A stretch of DNA of 20,000 bases, taken from assembly GCA_010356995.1 (NCBI GenBank), contig ML996690.1:478341-498340 (forward strand). The letters run 5' to 3'. Under the pieces are notes generated by a model. The model was not told the DNA's origin. It did not search any database and saw only the letters and a list, made by a program, of their open reading frames with translations. How positions within the stretch are numbered: position 1 is the stretch's first letter; each line of letters begins with the position of its first letter. Both the position numbers and the translations under genes were made by a program. Source of the DNA: Trichodelitschia bisporula (lineage: Eukaryota). Shown piece by piece: positions 1-11,300 of this stretch.

Positions 1-26
1 CGCCTCCTGACCCTCACCCCTTTCAG

Positions 27-1172
27 GAACAAAGCTCCAGTGTGAGCCCGAAAACGGTTATGTCCCGGAAGCGGAGTGGTTCAGCCGTCGACATGATCCA
101 GCCTCCTCCCCCACCCAAAAAGCGTCGGCATGAGATTCCCATATGGGCTGTGAGAGAGGATTCTAAGAAGGCACGTCAACTCAAGACCAACGACCGGCAA
201 CCCAGACATCCCTCGCCGTTGCAACAAGCCCCAAATGCTGCAGCACCTCCTGCTACGGCTGCACCCCCTCCGGTCACCACTCCACAAGTCGAAGCTACCC
301 CCCTCGTGGAGCGCAGCCTCGACAACATCAAACCGTACAATGATCTCGTGCGTGTCGTGGCCAACTTCCTCTGGGAGAGCGTCATCTTGGGTCCCAGACT
401 TGGCTCCGAGGGCCACGTTGAGATTGAAGCCAAGCTTGGTACCCTGATCGATATGGACACTGGCGAGCGCCTCAACCTCCCAATTAGGTCAGAGGCCGTC
501 GTCGCGCCGTCAACCGGTCGCACACGCTTCCAGAGTCTCATGAGTATCCAACAGCACAAGGCACTGAACGAATACCTCAACATTGCGGCGCGCAAATCTC
601 TCGAGGGGAACCGTGTGCCGATTGAGTACGTGCATCTTTATGAAATGGATACCCTCTACCTTCTCCCCGACGCCTTCATCTCGTCGCTGTCGCCGGTCAC
701 TCAAGAGGTCCTTAGTCGGAGCAAGAATAGGCATCATCGCGTACGTGTCACTAGGGACCAAAAGACCAAGGAAGTCAAGGCCACAATCATCAAGGTCCGC
801 CTTGCCGATCTTGAAGTGTACTGTCCGAATGACCCCTTCGACTACCGCATCAGCGTCGCGGCTGAAATCAACTACCCCCACCCCATTGACGGCCTCGTTG
901 AGTACACGGAACAGGGAGCGTCAACGGCGCGGGGCAAGGATCGGTTGACGTACAAGCACCAGAGCTTCCAAGTCGACCTGACCCAGGTCACGCAAAAGAC
1001 CAACGCTTCCAAAATCCACGAGCTCGAAGTGGAAATGGATGTTAATCAGCTGTACGCACAGGCCGCCCTCGTTCAACAGAACTTGCCTAGCCAGTACGAG
1101 AAGTACGTCAAGGCTTTCCTCAACTATGTCACCGTCACCAGGCGGGCGGGCCAGGATTCAATGGGGAATTGA
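27..1172 (+). CDS. CET1: mRNA-capping enzyme subunit beta (RNA 5'-triphosphatase, CYTH/triphosphate tunnel metalloenzyme), 5'-partial
   Basis: Motif A VEIEAKLG, DYRISV, motif B KDRLTYKH, QVDLTQV and motif C HELEVE. An upstream IPIWA resembles the yeast Cet1 PIWAQKW guanylyltransferase-binding peptide, and PPPKKRR is NLS-like. The frame is open to the window edge. CTGAC (7-11) plus TTTCAG (21-26) looks like an intron 3' end, so this exon probably starts at 27 and the true start lies upstream of the window. Confidence 0.92.
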   Translation, partial: EQSSSVSPKTVMSRKRSGSAVDMIQPPPPPKKRRHEIPIWAVREDSKKARQLKTNDRQPRHPSPLQQAPNAAAPPATAAPPPVTTPQVEATPLVERSLDNIKPYNDLVRVVANFLWESVILGPRLGSEGHVEIEAKLGTLIDMDTGERLNLPIRSEAVVAPSTGRTRFQSLMSIQQHKALNEYLNIAARKSLEGNRVPIEYVHLYEMDTLYLLPDAFISSLSPVTQEVLSRSKNRHHRVRVTRDQKTKEVKATIIKVRLADLEVYCPNDPFDYRISVAAEINYPHPIDGLVEYTEQGASTARGKDRLTYKHQSFQVDLTQVTQKTNASKIHELEVEMDVNQLYAQAALVQQNLPSQYEKYVKAFLNYVTVTRRAGQDSMGN

Positions 1173-1736
1173 GGCGCGAAGGAACGTTGTGTGCACACGA
1201 CAACGAGGACATAGCGCTTTGTGATGGCCACAAAGCCTCGAGAAGCAGCAAAACGGCCATCGATGTCATGAACACTTAGTCTCCAGCCCTCACCACTTGC
1301 GTTTTCTGCTTTCGGAGTTTGGGTTCGACAGGCGGTTAGGATGATGTTTTGGCCATTGATCTGCGGAGATACCATGAGAAGGGCGGTTTGTTCTGGCGTC
1401 GCTGAACGGTTGGACGGCGTATTGTTCGATGTTATGCATGCGTATGTGTAGTAATAGTGGACGACATTCTCCGATTCAAGAATCAAGGTACAGAGGGATA
1501 CGGGTTTTATGTAAGATGTACGGGAGGACAAATCTGCACTACAGTACGTTCAGTTTCATGTCACATGTGAAGGTGGACGTTGACAAGCCCTGTATGGAGA
1601 GGCGGTGGTGCCAAGGGTTATTGTGGCTTTTGCGTTTCCAGCACCACCAAACAACACCATTTATCCATTCAATCCGCCGTGCTTCGAGCAGCGACTCTAT
1701 CCACGCCTGTCCCAGCAACCCGTCAATTGCGCCACC

Positions 1737-3236
1737 ATGCTCTTTCGCTCTGCAGCCCGATCCGGGTTGCAGGCACTGGACATTGGTGAGAGGCTCTGCC
1801 TTCCCTGCTGCCGGACTTTCTCGCTGCCCACGCCGCCGCTTCGGCGGGGCATCACCACCTCGGCCCACCGAACATATTACTTCTCGCATTCACATAGAAC
1901 AGGCAAAGGCGCTCGCCATGCCGATTACTTCTGGCCTAACTCGGCCTTGAAAGAGCTCTTTGGAGCAGCAAGTCTCAGGAGCACTGTCAATGGCTTCAGA
2001 AAGCAGTCAACCATCCCCGCGGACACGACGGTAGCGAGTATCAAGGACGCATCGGCCGCTCAAAGTCCCGCTTCACCACCGCCACCACAGGAGGAGGAAC
2101 CTCAACTGGATCTCAAAATTCCACCAAGCGCTCTCACAATCCCGCTCGATGCCTCCAACCGCCTTACTACTCTCTCCGCACAGCTTCCTCGCAACTCATT
2201 TCGGCGCCTCTTTACAACCTACCTCTCCCTTTCCAAACCACGCCTAACCTTCCTTATCGTCCTCACTACAACAGCGGCTTACAGTCTCTACCCCGTTCCT
2301 GCTCTCCTGCAGTCCTCCGCCACTGCCGCACCGACACTGAGCACCCTAACGCTCCTCTTTCTCACAACGGGCACGTTTTTGTGTTCTGCCTCCGCCAACA
2401 CGCTCAACATGCTTATGGAGCCCGAACACGATGGCAAGATGTCTCGAACGCGCAACCGGCCGCTTGTGCGCAAGCTCCTCACGTCGAGGGCCGCGTTGGT
2501 CTTCGCTACCGTTTGCGGAGTCACAGGCACAATTGCACTCTACGCAGGCGTTAACCCCACCACCGCCTTTCTCGGAGCTCTCAACATCTTTGTATATGCC
2601 GGCATGTACACGCCGCTCAAGCGCATCAGCGTGATGAACACATGGGTCGGTGCCGTGGTGGGCGGCATTCCGCCGCTAATGGGCTGGACGGCAGCCGCGG
2701 GACAGTGTGCGACTGGCGCAGGCGACTGGCACGAGCTACTCTTCGGCGAGGGTACTGCCGGTGGTTGGCTGCTGGCGGCGCTGCTGTTCTGCTGGCAGTT
2801 TCCACATTTCAATGCGTTGAGCTGGGGCATTCGGGAAGAGTACAAGAATGCGGGATACCGGATGATGGCGTGGACGAATCCGGCGCGGAACGCGCGGGTT
2901 GCGCTACGATACAGCGTCCTTTTCGTGCCAGTGTGCTTGGGGCTCGTGTGGTGCGGGGTCGTAGACAGATGGTTTTTGGTGCCGAGCACGGCGGTCAATG
3001 GCTGGGTGATTTGGGAGAGTTATCGCTTCTGGAAGTACGAGGGGAAGAAGGGGAGTGCGCGTGGCCTGTTTTGGGCGAGCGTATGGCACTTGCCCCTCGT
3101 GCTAGTGTTTGCGATGGTAATGAAGAAGGGGCTGTGGGAGAGGGTGTGGAGGGCAGCCGTAGGGGCGCCGCCAATGGAAGACGACGAGTGGGAGGAGTAT
3201 GAGGAGGGTGAGCTGGCGGATATTCTTGCGGACTAG
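1737..3236 (+). CDS. COX10: Protoheme IX farnesyltransferase (heme O synthase), mitochondrial, 499 aa
   Basis: UbiA-family motifs [53 protein letters not shown] and WQFPHF, with many hydrophobic helices. The start is placed at the ATG in a gccaccATG context (1737), not the GTG at 1605. It is followed by an Arg/Ser-rich presequence-like N-terminus. Confidence 0.97.
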   Translation: MLFRSAARSGLQALDIGERLCLPCCRTFSLPTPPLRRGITTSAHRTYYFSHSHRTGKGARHADYFWPNSALKELFGAASLRSTVNGFRKQSTIPADTTVASIKDASAAQSPASPPPPQEEEPQLDLKIPPSALTIPLDASNRLTTLSAQLPRNSFRRLFTTYLSLSKPRLTFLIVLTTTAAYSLYPVPALLQSSATAAPTLSTLTLLFLTTGTFLCSASANTLNMLMEPEHDGKMSRTRNRPLVRKLLTSRAALVFATVCGVTGTIALYAGVNPTTAFLGALNIFVYAGMYTPLKRISVMNTWVGAVVGGIPPLMGWTAAAGQCATGAGDWHELLFGEGTAGGWLLAALLFCWQFPHFNALSWGIREEYKNAGYRMMAWTNPARNARVALRYSVLFVPVCLGLVWCGVVDRWFLVPSTAVNGWVIWESYRFWKYEGKKGSARGLFWASVWHLPLVLVFAMVMKKGLWERVWRAAVGAPPMEDDEWEEYEEGELADILAD

Positions 3237-4741
3237 GAGTCGGGATTTCAGCTCTGTGAATCTCTTCTTTCCTATCACCGCCAGAGTCGGAATTCGATCC
3301 CGAAACACGCGACAGTGGATTTCTCGGTCGCCGGGATGCAGAAAGCTTGTCCGTCAAAGGACAAGCGTGTACGATAAGATTGATGGGCTTGGGATTCTAC
3401 GATGAATAGAATTCAAGCTGGAACCATGAAAGGCACCCTCGGACGATCTGGCCACAACGTCTTGTGATTGCAAGGTTCGGATTCCACCGAGCTGGATGAG
3501 GTTGAATCCCTGGATTCGTCGCGATCCCTTAGTAACGACCCAGCACGCCCAGCTCTAGGCGAACAAGTTCGTCTCGTTCCATGGACCTCACGATGAATGC
3601 CGCAATCTCCAACTACGACCATCGGCTCCGAAGCAGCGTCAAGTTGGCGACTTAGCCAACGAGCGCCTGGTTCTTTTAGATCCTGCCCCTTAAAGTACTT
3701 CAATCATGACTAACGTGCATGGCAACCAGGGCAACGATGAGATCATCCTCCCGCTATACCCGAAGGCTATGGTGTTGAATGTTAGACGTCAACTCTTTTG
3801 GTGTATGATTGACATCTCCTTGCTTTAAGACCCGCTCGACTGGTATCCGCGAGGAAGTGACGTGAAAATGGAGCTTCATCTTTCTGACATCACAACAGAG
3901 TCAAGGGACAGTCTAAGAGGGAGGCAGTGTACTGAGAACCAAGTTACGGTGCTGGAGTCGCTTGGTGGCAACGAAAGTCCGGTCAGTGTCGTAAACCGAG
4001 ACAACCCGCCCTGAGTTCACGATCCTCGCCACTATCCAAGCCCAGTCCTCATTCCAGTGACGAATCGCCCGTCGCACGAGCAGCATCATGCGCTATTGAT
4101 CCCCCACTCCGCCCCGTGGGGACAGAGACGTAAATTCTGGGCCATGGATCGTGAAATTGCCTACGGGAGAGGGAAATGGACGCGCGCCAACAATCACCGC
4201 TAACAGAGTACTCGATTTGGCAGTCTACACGCGCCTGCATATCTAACCCGGTGGTCGGGCTCTGCGCTCCTGGTAAGCTGTTGACGATTATTGTACGGTT
4301 TACGGCCCGTTTAGCTTTGGATCTGAACGGTGTTGGCTGTTTCCCCGGTTTCCTCGACGTATGGCCACTGGATTCCTGGCTCTCGCGAGAGGCTCTGAAC
4401 TGTCATCTGGGAACCGCTTGACTGTGCTTCTTTCTCCTTCCTGCTCTTCTAAGATCTGGGAAGGAGCAGCCCCTCTGAATTCCGGCAACATCAATTCGGC
4501 AACTGCCCCCTACGGTCCCTCGAGGGAGTGTCGGTCAGACTCACTTTTGCTCGCCGCGTGGAGTTCGTCCATTCTCATATCATGTTATCCGACATATTTA
4601 AGCCGTGAGATCATGGCAGTAGCCTTCCACGCGTCGGAAGCCGGTGCACATCACGCAGCTACAGCCGACCGCTCAGTAATTTCGACCTCGAAAGCCAATT
4701 CCCGACGGACCGCCGACCGGCCAAACGCAACGCCATCTACT

Positions 4742-4813
4742 GCGGCCCATTTGAGGATGGCGGCCCACTCAAGGATGGCGGCCCACTCAAGGATAGCAGC
4801 CCCGTTGAGTACT
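4742..4813 (+). repeat. 18-bp in-frame tandem repeat, 3 good copies plus 1 degenerate (GCGGCCCACTCAAGGATG; AAHSRM)
   Basis: Units start at 4742, 4760, 4778 and 4796, read directly from the sequence. Confidence 0.9.
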
Positions 4814-4852
4814 CGCACACCTTCCCCCACCGGCACGACGGCACCCCCTCCC

Positions 4853-4880
4853 GACACTCCCCTCCAGACACTCCCCTCCC
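4853..4880 (+). repeat. 14-bp tandem duplication (GACACTCCCCTCC[A/C]) x2
   Basis: Units at 4853-4866 and 4867-4880, preceded by a partial copy CCCCTCCC. Confidence 0.85.
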
Positions 4881-7097
4881 TTCCCGCCCTCCTCAAGCAA
4901 CAGTTCCCACACCCTAACCGGCGACACCTCCCCCCCCTTCCCGGTCCCAAGCCGCGCCCACTCCATGGTCGGCCGATACCCGGCTTTCGCCCACCACCTC
5001 GACGTCCCTCAACCAGCATACACAATCGGTTTCCCCTACCCCAAAGACCAGCCAGGACTTCGACCGCTCCACCCTCTCCGACTACGAATTCCCCTGGGAT
5101 GCGCCGCCCGCCCCCGCCGCCCCCGCATCTCGCAAACGGCAACCGCTACGGCAGCACCTCCGCGCTCTCGCGCCCCTACTGCTAGCAGAATACCTCGGTG
5201 TTCGTCCCCCCCCTCTCCCTAACCCCCAACTAACCCCCCGCAGACCACCCTCGCCCTCTTCCTCGGCCTCTCCGGCAGTCTCCAAGCCCGCTTCAGCCCG
5301 ACCGGCTCGTCTGAAACCAGCAGCTGGGCCTGGGGCTTCGCATTCAGCTTCGCGATCTTCCTAGCCGCGCCCATCAGCGGCGCGCATCTGAACCCCGTCA
5401 TTTCCCTCTCGCAAGCTGCGTTCCGGCGCTTCCCCTGGCCACGTGCGGCGGCTTACATCGTCGCGCAACTCCTCGCCGGCTTGACCGCGGGCGCGCTGGC
5501 GGTCGCGATTTACGCCGATGCGTTGAGGAAGGCGGACCCAGGCCGGACTGATGCGCTGGGCGGCAGCGCGCTGTACACCGTCCCGCACGCGGGGATCGCG
5601 CCGGTTACCGCATTTTCAGCGAGTTCGTGGGCGCGGCGGTGTTGGTCTGCGCCGTGTTCGCCTTGGATGGGATAGCGGCGAGGCGGAGCGGGATGCGCTT
5701 ATGTTGGGCTTCCTGACAACGGTGTTGAATATGACGGTTGGGTAGAATACTGGTCCCGCGTTGAATCCCGCACGCGATCTGGGGCCGAGGGTGATTGTGA
5801 GACTGGTGGGATACAGGGGCGCGTTTGTAGGGGGGTGGTGGATTTATGGGCCGTGGGTTTGCGACGATTCTTGGGGGGTTGGGGGCTTGTTGGGTTTGGG
5901 GAGGAAGGGGAGAAGGAGAGGGTGATGGGACTGGAAGAGAGGGTTGCTTAGCTGTTCCTGAGCATGATGCGGGCGTTTAGTGTTCCGGGTTTGAGACTGT
6001 TTTGATATCGCTGTCAAAAGTATGCGGATTTCGGCTTGCTAACCTCTTTTGTTTGTGTTGCTGGATGCTGCTATACCCGTATGTGTCGCGGCCAATTGAT
6101 GACCTGATATCTGTACTTCACTTCGTCAGTTGCGGAGAGACGTGTCAGCCTTGCGAGATCGGCCCCGACCCTCCTGGATCGTCAAGGGTGCCACGAGGCA
6201 AGCTAACAGCAAATAAATCTGTTGCCGTCATCGCACGAGCCCACGGACGAGCCGCATCTGCCTGCATTAGCGGGCATTACTGTCCGATCGGTAGCTGGTT
6301 AAAGGCCGCATCGTGTGGAAGGGCCGACGGGATTCGAAATTTTCGGTAACTTGGGCATTGTCCTTACATCCTTTTATATGTACTATGAATTCCGCTTACC
6401 AACTTCTCCCGCTGTACACGTAGATGATGAAGCGGCTGATGTCAGAATAGCCTTTACATTCGCTCAATCACTCGGCAACCTGGGTGGCTGCTTGGTGCGC
6501 TACCGGGTACGGTAGACAAGCTGCGTCGAGACTCATAGGAACTTCTCCTTGGGCCCTGGAAGTTAATGATGGCCCAACCAACCCGGTTTCTTTCCCACCC
6601 AAGTGGCTACTCTGACAGGCAGTTATAAAGACAGATTCTGGGAGTTTACTTCAATAACTTACAACCTCTATCCTCATGCCAAAGTGTACCACATATCCAG
6701 GCGCCATAGACCAGGCCTACGGTAGGGCTGATGTTTTCAGAAGCCTGGCGATTGCGGACATCCCTCTGATGTAGATATGGAAGGGGTATTGTCATGTCAG
6801 GAAGGAAGGAACAGGTCGAACATGATATAATGTGCGCATGATAGGTGGAAGGAGCATAGGAGAATACTTGGCTTCATGGTGTATTTATCCTGTTGAGTCT
6901 CTTCCTCTCTTCCTCTCTTCCTTTCGTTATCTTTACTTCAAACTTCAGTTATCACAGTTGCCTTGCACTTCGTTGGAGCTCCTGCTGCATTACCCTCCAG
7001 CCGCACACAAGCCGTCCATCTCACGACCATTCTCAAACCAACCCCTCCACCTCCAATCGCAATCACCAATGACTAACATCCTCATAGACTCCATCAT

Positions 7098-7872
7098 CTA
7101 CAACTTCGTCTTCCCCTCCTCAATCCAAATCTCCATCTCCCCCTCAGCCCCCTGTTCATACAATTCCCAATACCGCTCCGCAATCCGCCCCGGACTAAAA
7201 ACCCCCCCATCCGGCTTCACAAGCCCATGCACCACCACCGCCGCAACATGCACCCCCCTCTTCGCCAGCACTTGGCTCAAGCTCACCGTCAAACTATGCT
7301 GCGCCGCCTTGCTCACCCCAAGGCTAAAATACGGCGCAAAGGCCTCTTTGTACAACCCCCCACTCGTGACCAGCAGCGCGGGCTTGCGACCCGCCTTCCC
7401 AACGAAGCTGAGCAGGTGCGGCATCGCCCAGTTCGCAGTGACGTAGAGCCCCACAGTGGCCGTCTAGCCATATCAGCTCCTTGCACACCGAACCAAGCTC
7501 ACAGCCACGTACCTTGAAATCCTCAATAACTTCCCCCGCCGCATAAGCACCTAGCCGACTCGCCCTAAGCCGGCTCGCGTTATACACGACCACCTCCGGC
7601 GCCCCGAGGTCGGTCTCCACAGCCGCGAGCGCGGCCTTCAGCGCTGCTTCGTCGCTCACGTCTGCGGGGTAGGTGCGCACGACGGCATTGGGCTGGCCGG
7701 CGGCGGCGGCGGTGCGATGGACGGTTTCGGCGTCGTTGGAGAGACGGGTGGCGTTCCGGGAGATGAGGGCGATGGCGAAGCCGCGCGCGGCGAAGTGGCT
7801 GGCGACGCCGACGCCGATGCCGGGACCGGAGCCGAGGAGGAGGAGGAGTTTGGTTTCGGGAGAGGGGGGCAT
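7098..7872 (-). CDS. Short-chain dehydrogenase/reductase (atypical SDR), 241 aa; exons 7872-7513 and 7463-7098
   Basis: Rossmann motif LLGSGPGIG, then LISRN, YPADVSD, VVVYNAS, LLVTSGG, SLGVSKAAQHSL and GVHVAAVVVHG. A 49-nt intron 7512-7464 (GTACGT..GCTGAT..TAG) joins the 182-aa and 118-aa ORFs in frame. Confidence 0.9.
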
Positions 7873-8305
7873 GGTGTTGTAGACGTGGGGCGAGCAGCGG
7901 TAAGTTTAGTGCTAAGTGGGGGGGGGTATGTAGTTGTTGGAGGTTCGAGTTGGGGTGGGTTATGGGATGAGGTCCTCGGTGCTGATACGGTTTGCAGCCC
8001 TAGGAGTTGCATAACCTCGGCATACAGGCATGGCATCAAGCCTTGCGCACGCGAGAGCTGGGGATGTCACGGCGCGACGGGGGGCTTATAAATCAGCGTA
8101 TCGACTGTTGAATGTCTATGCTTAAGCCTTCTCCGCTGTATATGCCTTCTCGCGCAATCTGTCGTCATGGCTGGCAAGCGCCACACGAAGACGCGAATCT
8201 CAGCCTGATTGCGCGCATTGTGGCGCACCCTCACCACCTATAACCCCCCTCAACCACGAGGGGAACAGCCCATCGCCTCTCCTCTATCGCTCCCTCCTCA
8301 CTCAC

Positions 8306-11300
8306 TCACCGCTTATTAAAGTTCAAATACCGCGCCTACGCACCCGTTAGCTCGGTCCCACAAACCAACAACCAGCAAAGCACCTACCGCAGTGAACAAA
8401 ATCACCAAATTGCTCCCCACAAACGCCACCAAAATGCCCATATCCCGCCAGCGATGCCGGAACTCATACCCCAGCGCCTGGAACCACTGATCGCCCGTCT
8501 TGAACGCGCAATACTCGCACACGCCGCGCGTCGCCGCGCCCACCAAGTACCCAGGCCCGCCGCGCGCGAAAAAGGGCCCCATGTAGTCGCCGCAGGTCTG
8601 GCCAGCGGGCGGACTGAAGCGCGTGATCTCGTCCGGCGTGCAGACTACCTTGCGGCCGGCCAACTCGGTGACGAGCATGCCGCCCACGAGCCGCGTGTAC
8701 GGATTCAGCTGGAACAGCCACGCGCGCCAGAACTTGGGTATCTGTGGCCTGGGGACGGTGACGCCGCAGAAAAAGGCCATGGTGATGATGATGAAGGGGT
8801 TGAACAGGGCGGATATAACGGGGGAAGGAGTGAGTGCGGCAACGGCTTGCCCGAGTGTCACGGCGAAGTTTTCCAGGATGTAGACCATGAGGAATTGGTA
8901 GCCTGCGCGCGAGGGGGCGGGTTGCAGGTGGGGCATGTAGTACAAGGGAAGGAAGAAGGCTATTGTGCAGAGGACGGAGTATGGGAGTTCGGCGACGACC
9001 ATGCTGAGCACGAAGGGCGAGGTGTGGTACGCGCGGGCTGCTTGCTCGCGGTATGCGATGCGCCGGGCCATGGCGTATTTGGGCTGGACTTGGGCGAGGA
9101 TGATGGCGGGGAGGACGGTGACTTGGAAGACGATGAAGATGCGGTACTGCAGCGATGTGCGGCTGTCATTGAGATGCAGGTATGTCAGGCCTGTGAGGAT
9201 GCAAACGATGATGTGGTTGAAGAGCCGCGTGACGCCGTAGTTGGGCGTGCGCCAGAACGCGAGGGATTGGCGCCGGCATACGGTCTTGATTTGGTGCCAG
9301 AGGGGCGTGGCGTAGGTTTTTTGTACGGGGGCCGTTTGCGCGGCTGTTTCTGCGAGCCGCGCGGTTTTCAGTGTGTTGACGGCGGCTTTGGCGGCGGCGA
9401 ATTCGTCCGATGCGCTCCAGATGTCGGCCCAGTCGGTGCCAATGACGGCGTGAGATCCGATCTGATCCAGCATCCACTCGGCGGGGTTGGCATCGGGCGG
9501 ACAGTGCGCCCCGTGCCGATGGAAATATCCTAGCAGCTCCTGGCCGTGGTGTCCGATCTCGCCAAAGTACACGCAGCGGCCGCCGGGCTTGAGAAGTAGC
9601 AGGCGATCGAACATCTCGAACAGCGTCGAGTTAGGCTGGTGGATAGTGCACAGAATGGCCTGGCCCGCCGCAGCCAACTTACGTAGGAAGCGTACGATGT
9701 TGAACGCGCTCTGGCTATCCAGCCCGCTCGTCGGCTCGTCCAAGAAGAGGAGCAACTCCGGTTTCGCAGCCAATTCGACGCCAATCGTTACGCGCTTGCG
9801 CTGCTCGACGGTCAGACCGCGGCCTGCGTCCCCGATAATTGCATCCGCCAAATCCTCCATCTCCAGCAGCGACAAGATCTCCTCGACGTACGCGTACTTC
9901 TCTTCCCGGGGCGTCTCGGGCGGCTGGCGCAGCTCGGCAGCGAAGCGGAGGGCTTCTCGTACCGTGGCCGTCGGCTCGTGCACGTCGAGCTGCTCGGCGT
10001 AGGATGTACCGCGCTGAAAGGCGGGGCCGGGTTTGCGGCCGTCGACGAGGATAGTCCCGCCAATGACGCCGATGTTTTTGCGAGCTGCAAGGACGTCCAG
10101 CAAGGTTGTTTTGCCGGCGCCGGAGGCACCCATCAGCGCGGTGAGTTCGCCGGGCTTGACGTAGCCCCAGATGTCGGTTAGGAGGCGCTTGGAGCCGGAC
10201 TTGACGGGCACGTCATAGGTGATTTCCTCCCAGGTGAGCACGGCTTTGGAGGAGATCTCGAGGCGCGTGTTGCCCTTGTCATTCGTGCCTTCTTTTTGGC
10301 GCCTTTCTTTTGCTTGTTCAAGTCCTTGGTTTAGGACTTTGCGTTCCTTGCTTTCTTTGATGAAGCTGATCCCCACGCCGCCGGGGATGGTCCAGGTTAT
10401 GAACTCGCCTATTAGGATGTTCTGCTGCTGTTAGCATCGGCTTTGGACCAGGAAAAGCCACGCACAAAGGATAGAAACGCCACGACCAGAGCCACCATGA
10501 TGCCCCAGTGCTCCCAGAGCATCGATGGCACGTACGAAAACGCGATCCGGATATACTCCTTGCCGGACACGAGAGGATTACCCTCGACGCTACCCTGCAG
10601 CGTACATGCCTGGTGTGAAATGTTGCCGTACCCTGGGCCGAAGGGTATCATCGACTTCTGGATGCACGTCAGGTCAATGCGCTTGAACTCATTAATCATG
10701 AGCGCAGAGAAGCCCAACCCCATTGGGTTGAGATAGTACACCCAGCGGAGCCACACGTGCTGGCGCTGGAATTGGATGATGTATCCGGCCGTGAGGAAGA
10801 AGATGGTGATACCGGTCGAAGCAAGTCTAGAATGTTAGCCGGCGCACCAGCTTCCGGATGCCTCATACCGGATAGCAACGTCAAAATCTGGGCTCAGGCA
10901 GGCCACCGTTCGGAAATACAGCGACAGCGCCAAATATCCCGTGGTGATGGTGAGTACGTAGATAAAGAAGGCCCCGACTTCGCGCGCCAGGTCCGTCATG
11001 AAATAAACGATGATCGAGAAGATCGTAATCCGCGCAGCCCCGAAGATAAAATCAACGGCAATCTGCGCAACCCACAGCGCCGACGGCGTGTACAGCGCAT
11101 AGGCGCGATGCTTGTACAAAATTGGGCGTCCAAACATTGTCGCCCCAAGCTCGCCAAAAGCCTGGAACGAGTTAAACATCAGCGAGAAGAACAGCACACC
11201 ACCACGCGTAAACGCAGCGGGACTATCCCGCGGCTGGTGGAGCCACAAATTCCCCGCCATCACGGCAATTATAATCGACGTCGCCCAGCTAACCGTCAAC

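Larger units (their letters stand above)
4613..5980 (+). pseudogene. Aquaglyceroporin (MIP family) pseudogene with several frameshifts and two premature stops; 3' end approximate
   Basis: Manual translation gives LLAEYLG | intron 5200-5243 (GTTCGT..CTAAC..CAG) | TTLALFLGLSG...WAWGFAFSFAIFLAAPISGAHLNPVISL...RRFPW...YIVAQLLAG. Other frames then give SEFVGAAVLVCAVFAL, LGFLTTVLNMTVG*NTGPALNPARDLGPR and WWIYGPWV/ATILGG. NPV is at 5391-5399 and NPARD at 5764-5778. Confidence 0.82.

Noticed and set aside
1561..1570. Palindrome TCACATGTGA upstream of COX10 (E-box-like)
   Set aside because: A single 10-bp palindrome is expected by chance in 20 kb and has no other support.
1605..1736. GTG-initiated N-terminal extension of COX10; likewise the TTG start at 16889 for the NLR
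   Set aside because: In a eukaryote the first in-frame ATGs (1737 and 16991), both with a purine at -3, are the likely starts.
3474..3488. tRNA T-arm-like GGTTCGGATTCC, and GGGATTCGAAA near 6330
   Set aside because: No cloverleaf, acceptor stem or A-box could be built.
4361..5185. 274-aa Pro-rich ORF as an independent gene
   Set aside because: Better explained as the frameshifted 5' part of the aquaglyceroporin pseudogene.
5217..5239. CCCTAACCCCCAACTAACCCCCC as a telomeric repeat
   Set aside because: It is the CTAAC branch-point region of the aquaporin intron.
6832..7446. 204-aa plus-strand ORF
   Set aside because: Non-ATG start, overlaps the SDR exon antisense and has no domain features.
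8454..9533. 359-aa plus-strand ORF, and similar ORFs at 10757-11479, 9487-10002 and 11951-12785
   Set aside because: Antisense shadows of the GC-rich ABC transporter CDS with no recognisable motifs.
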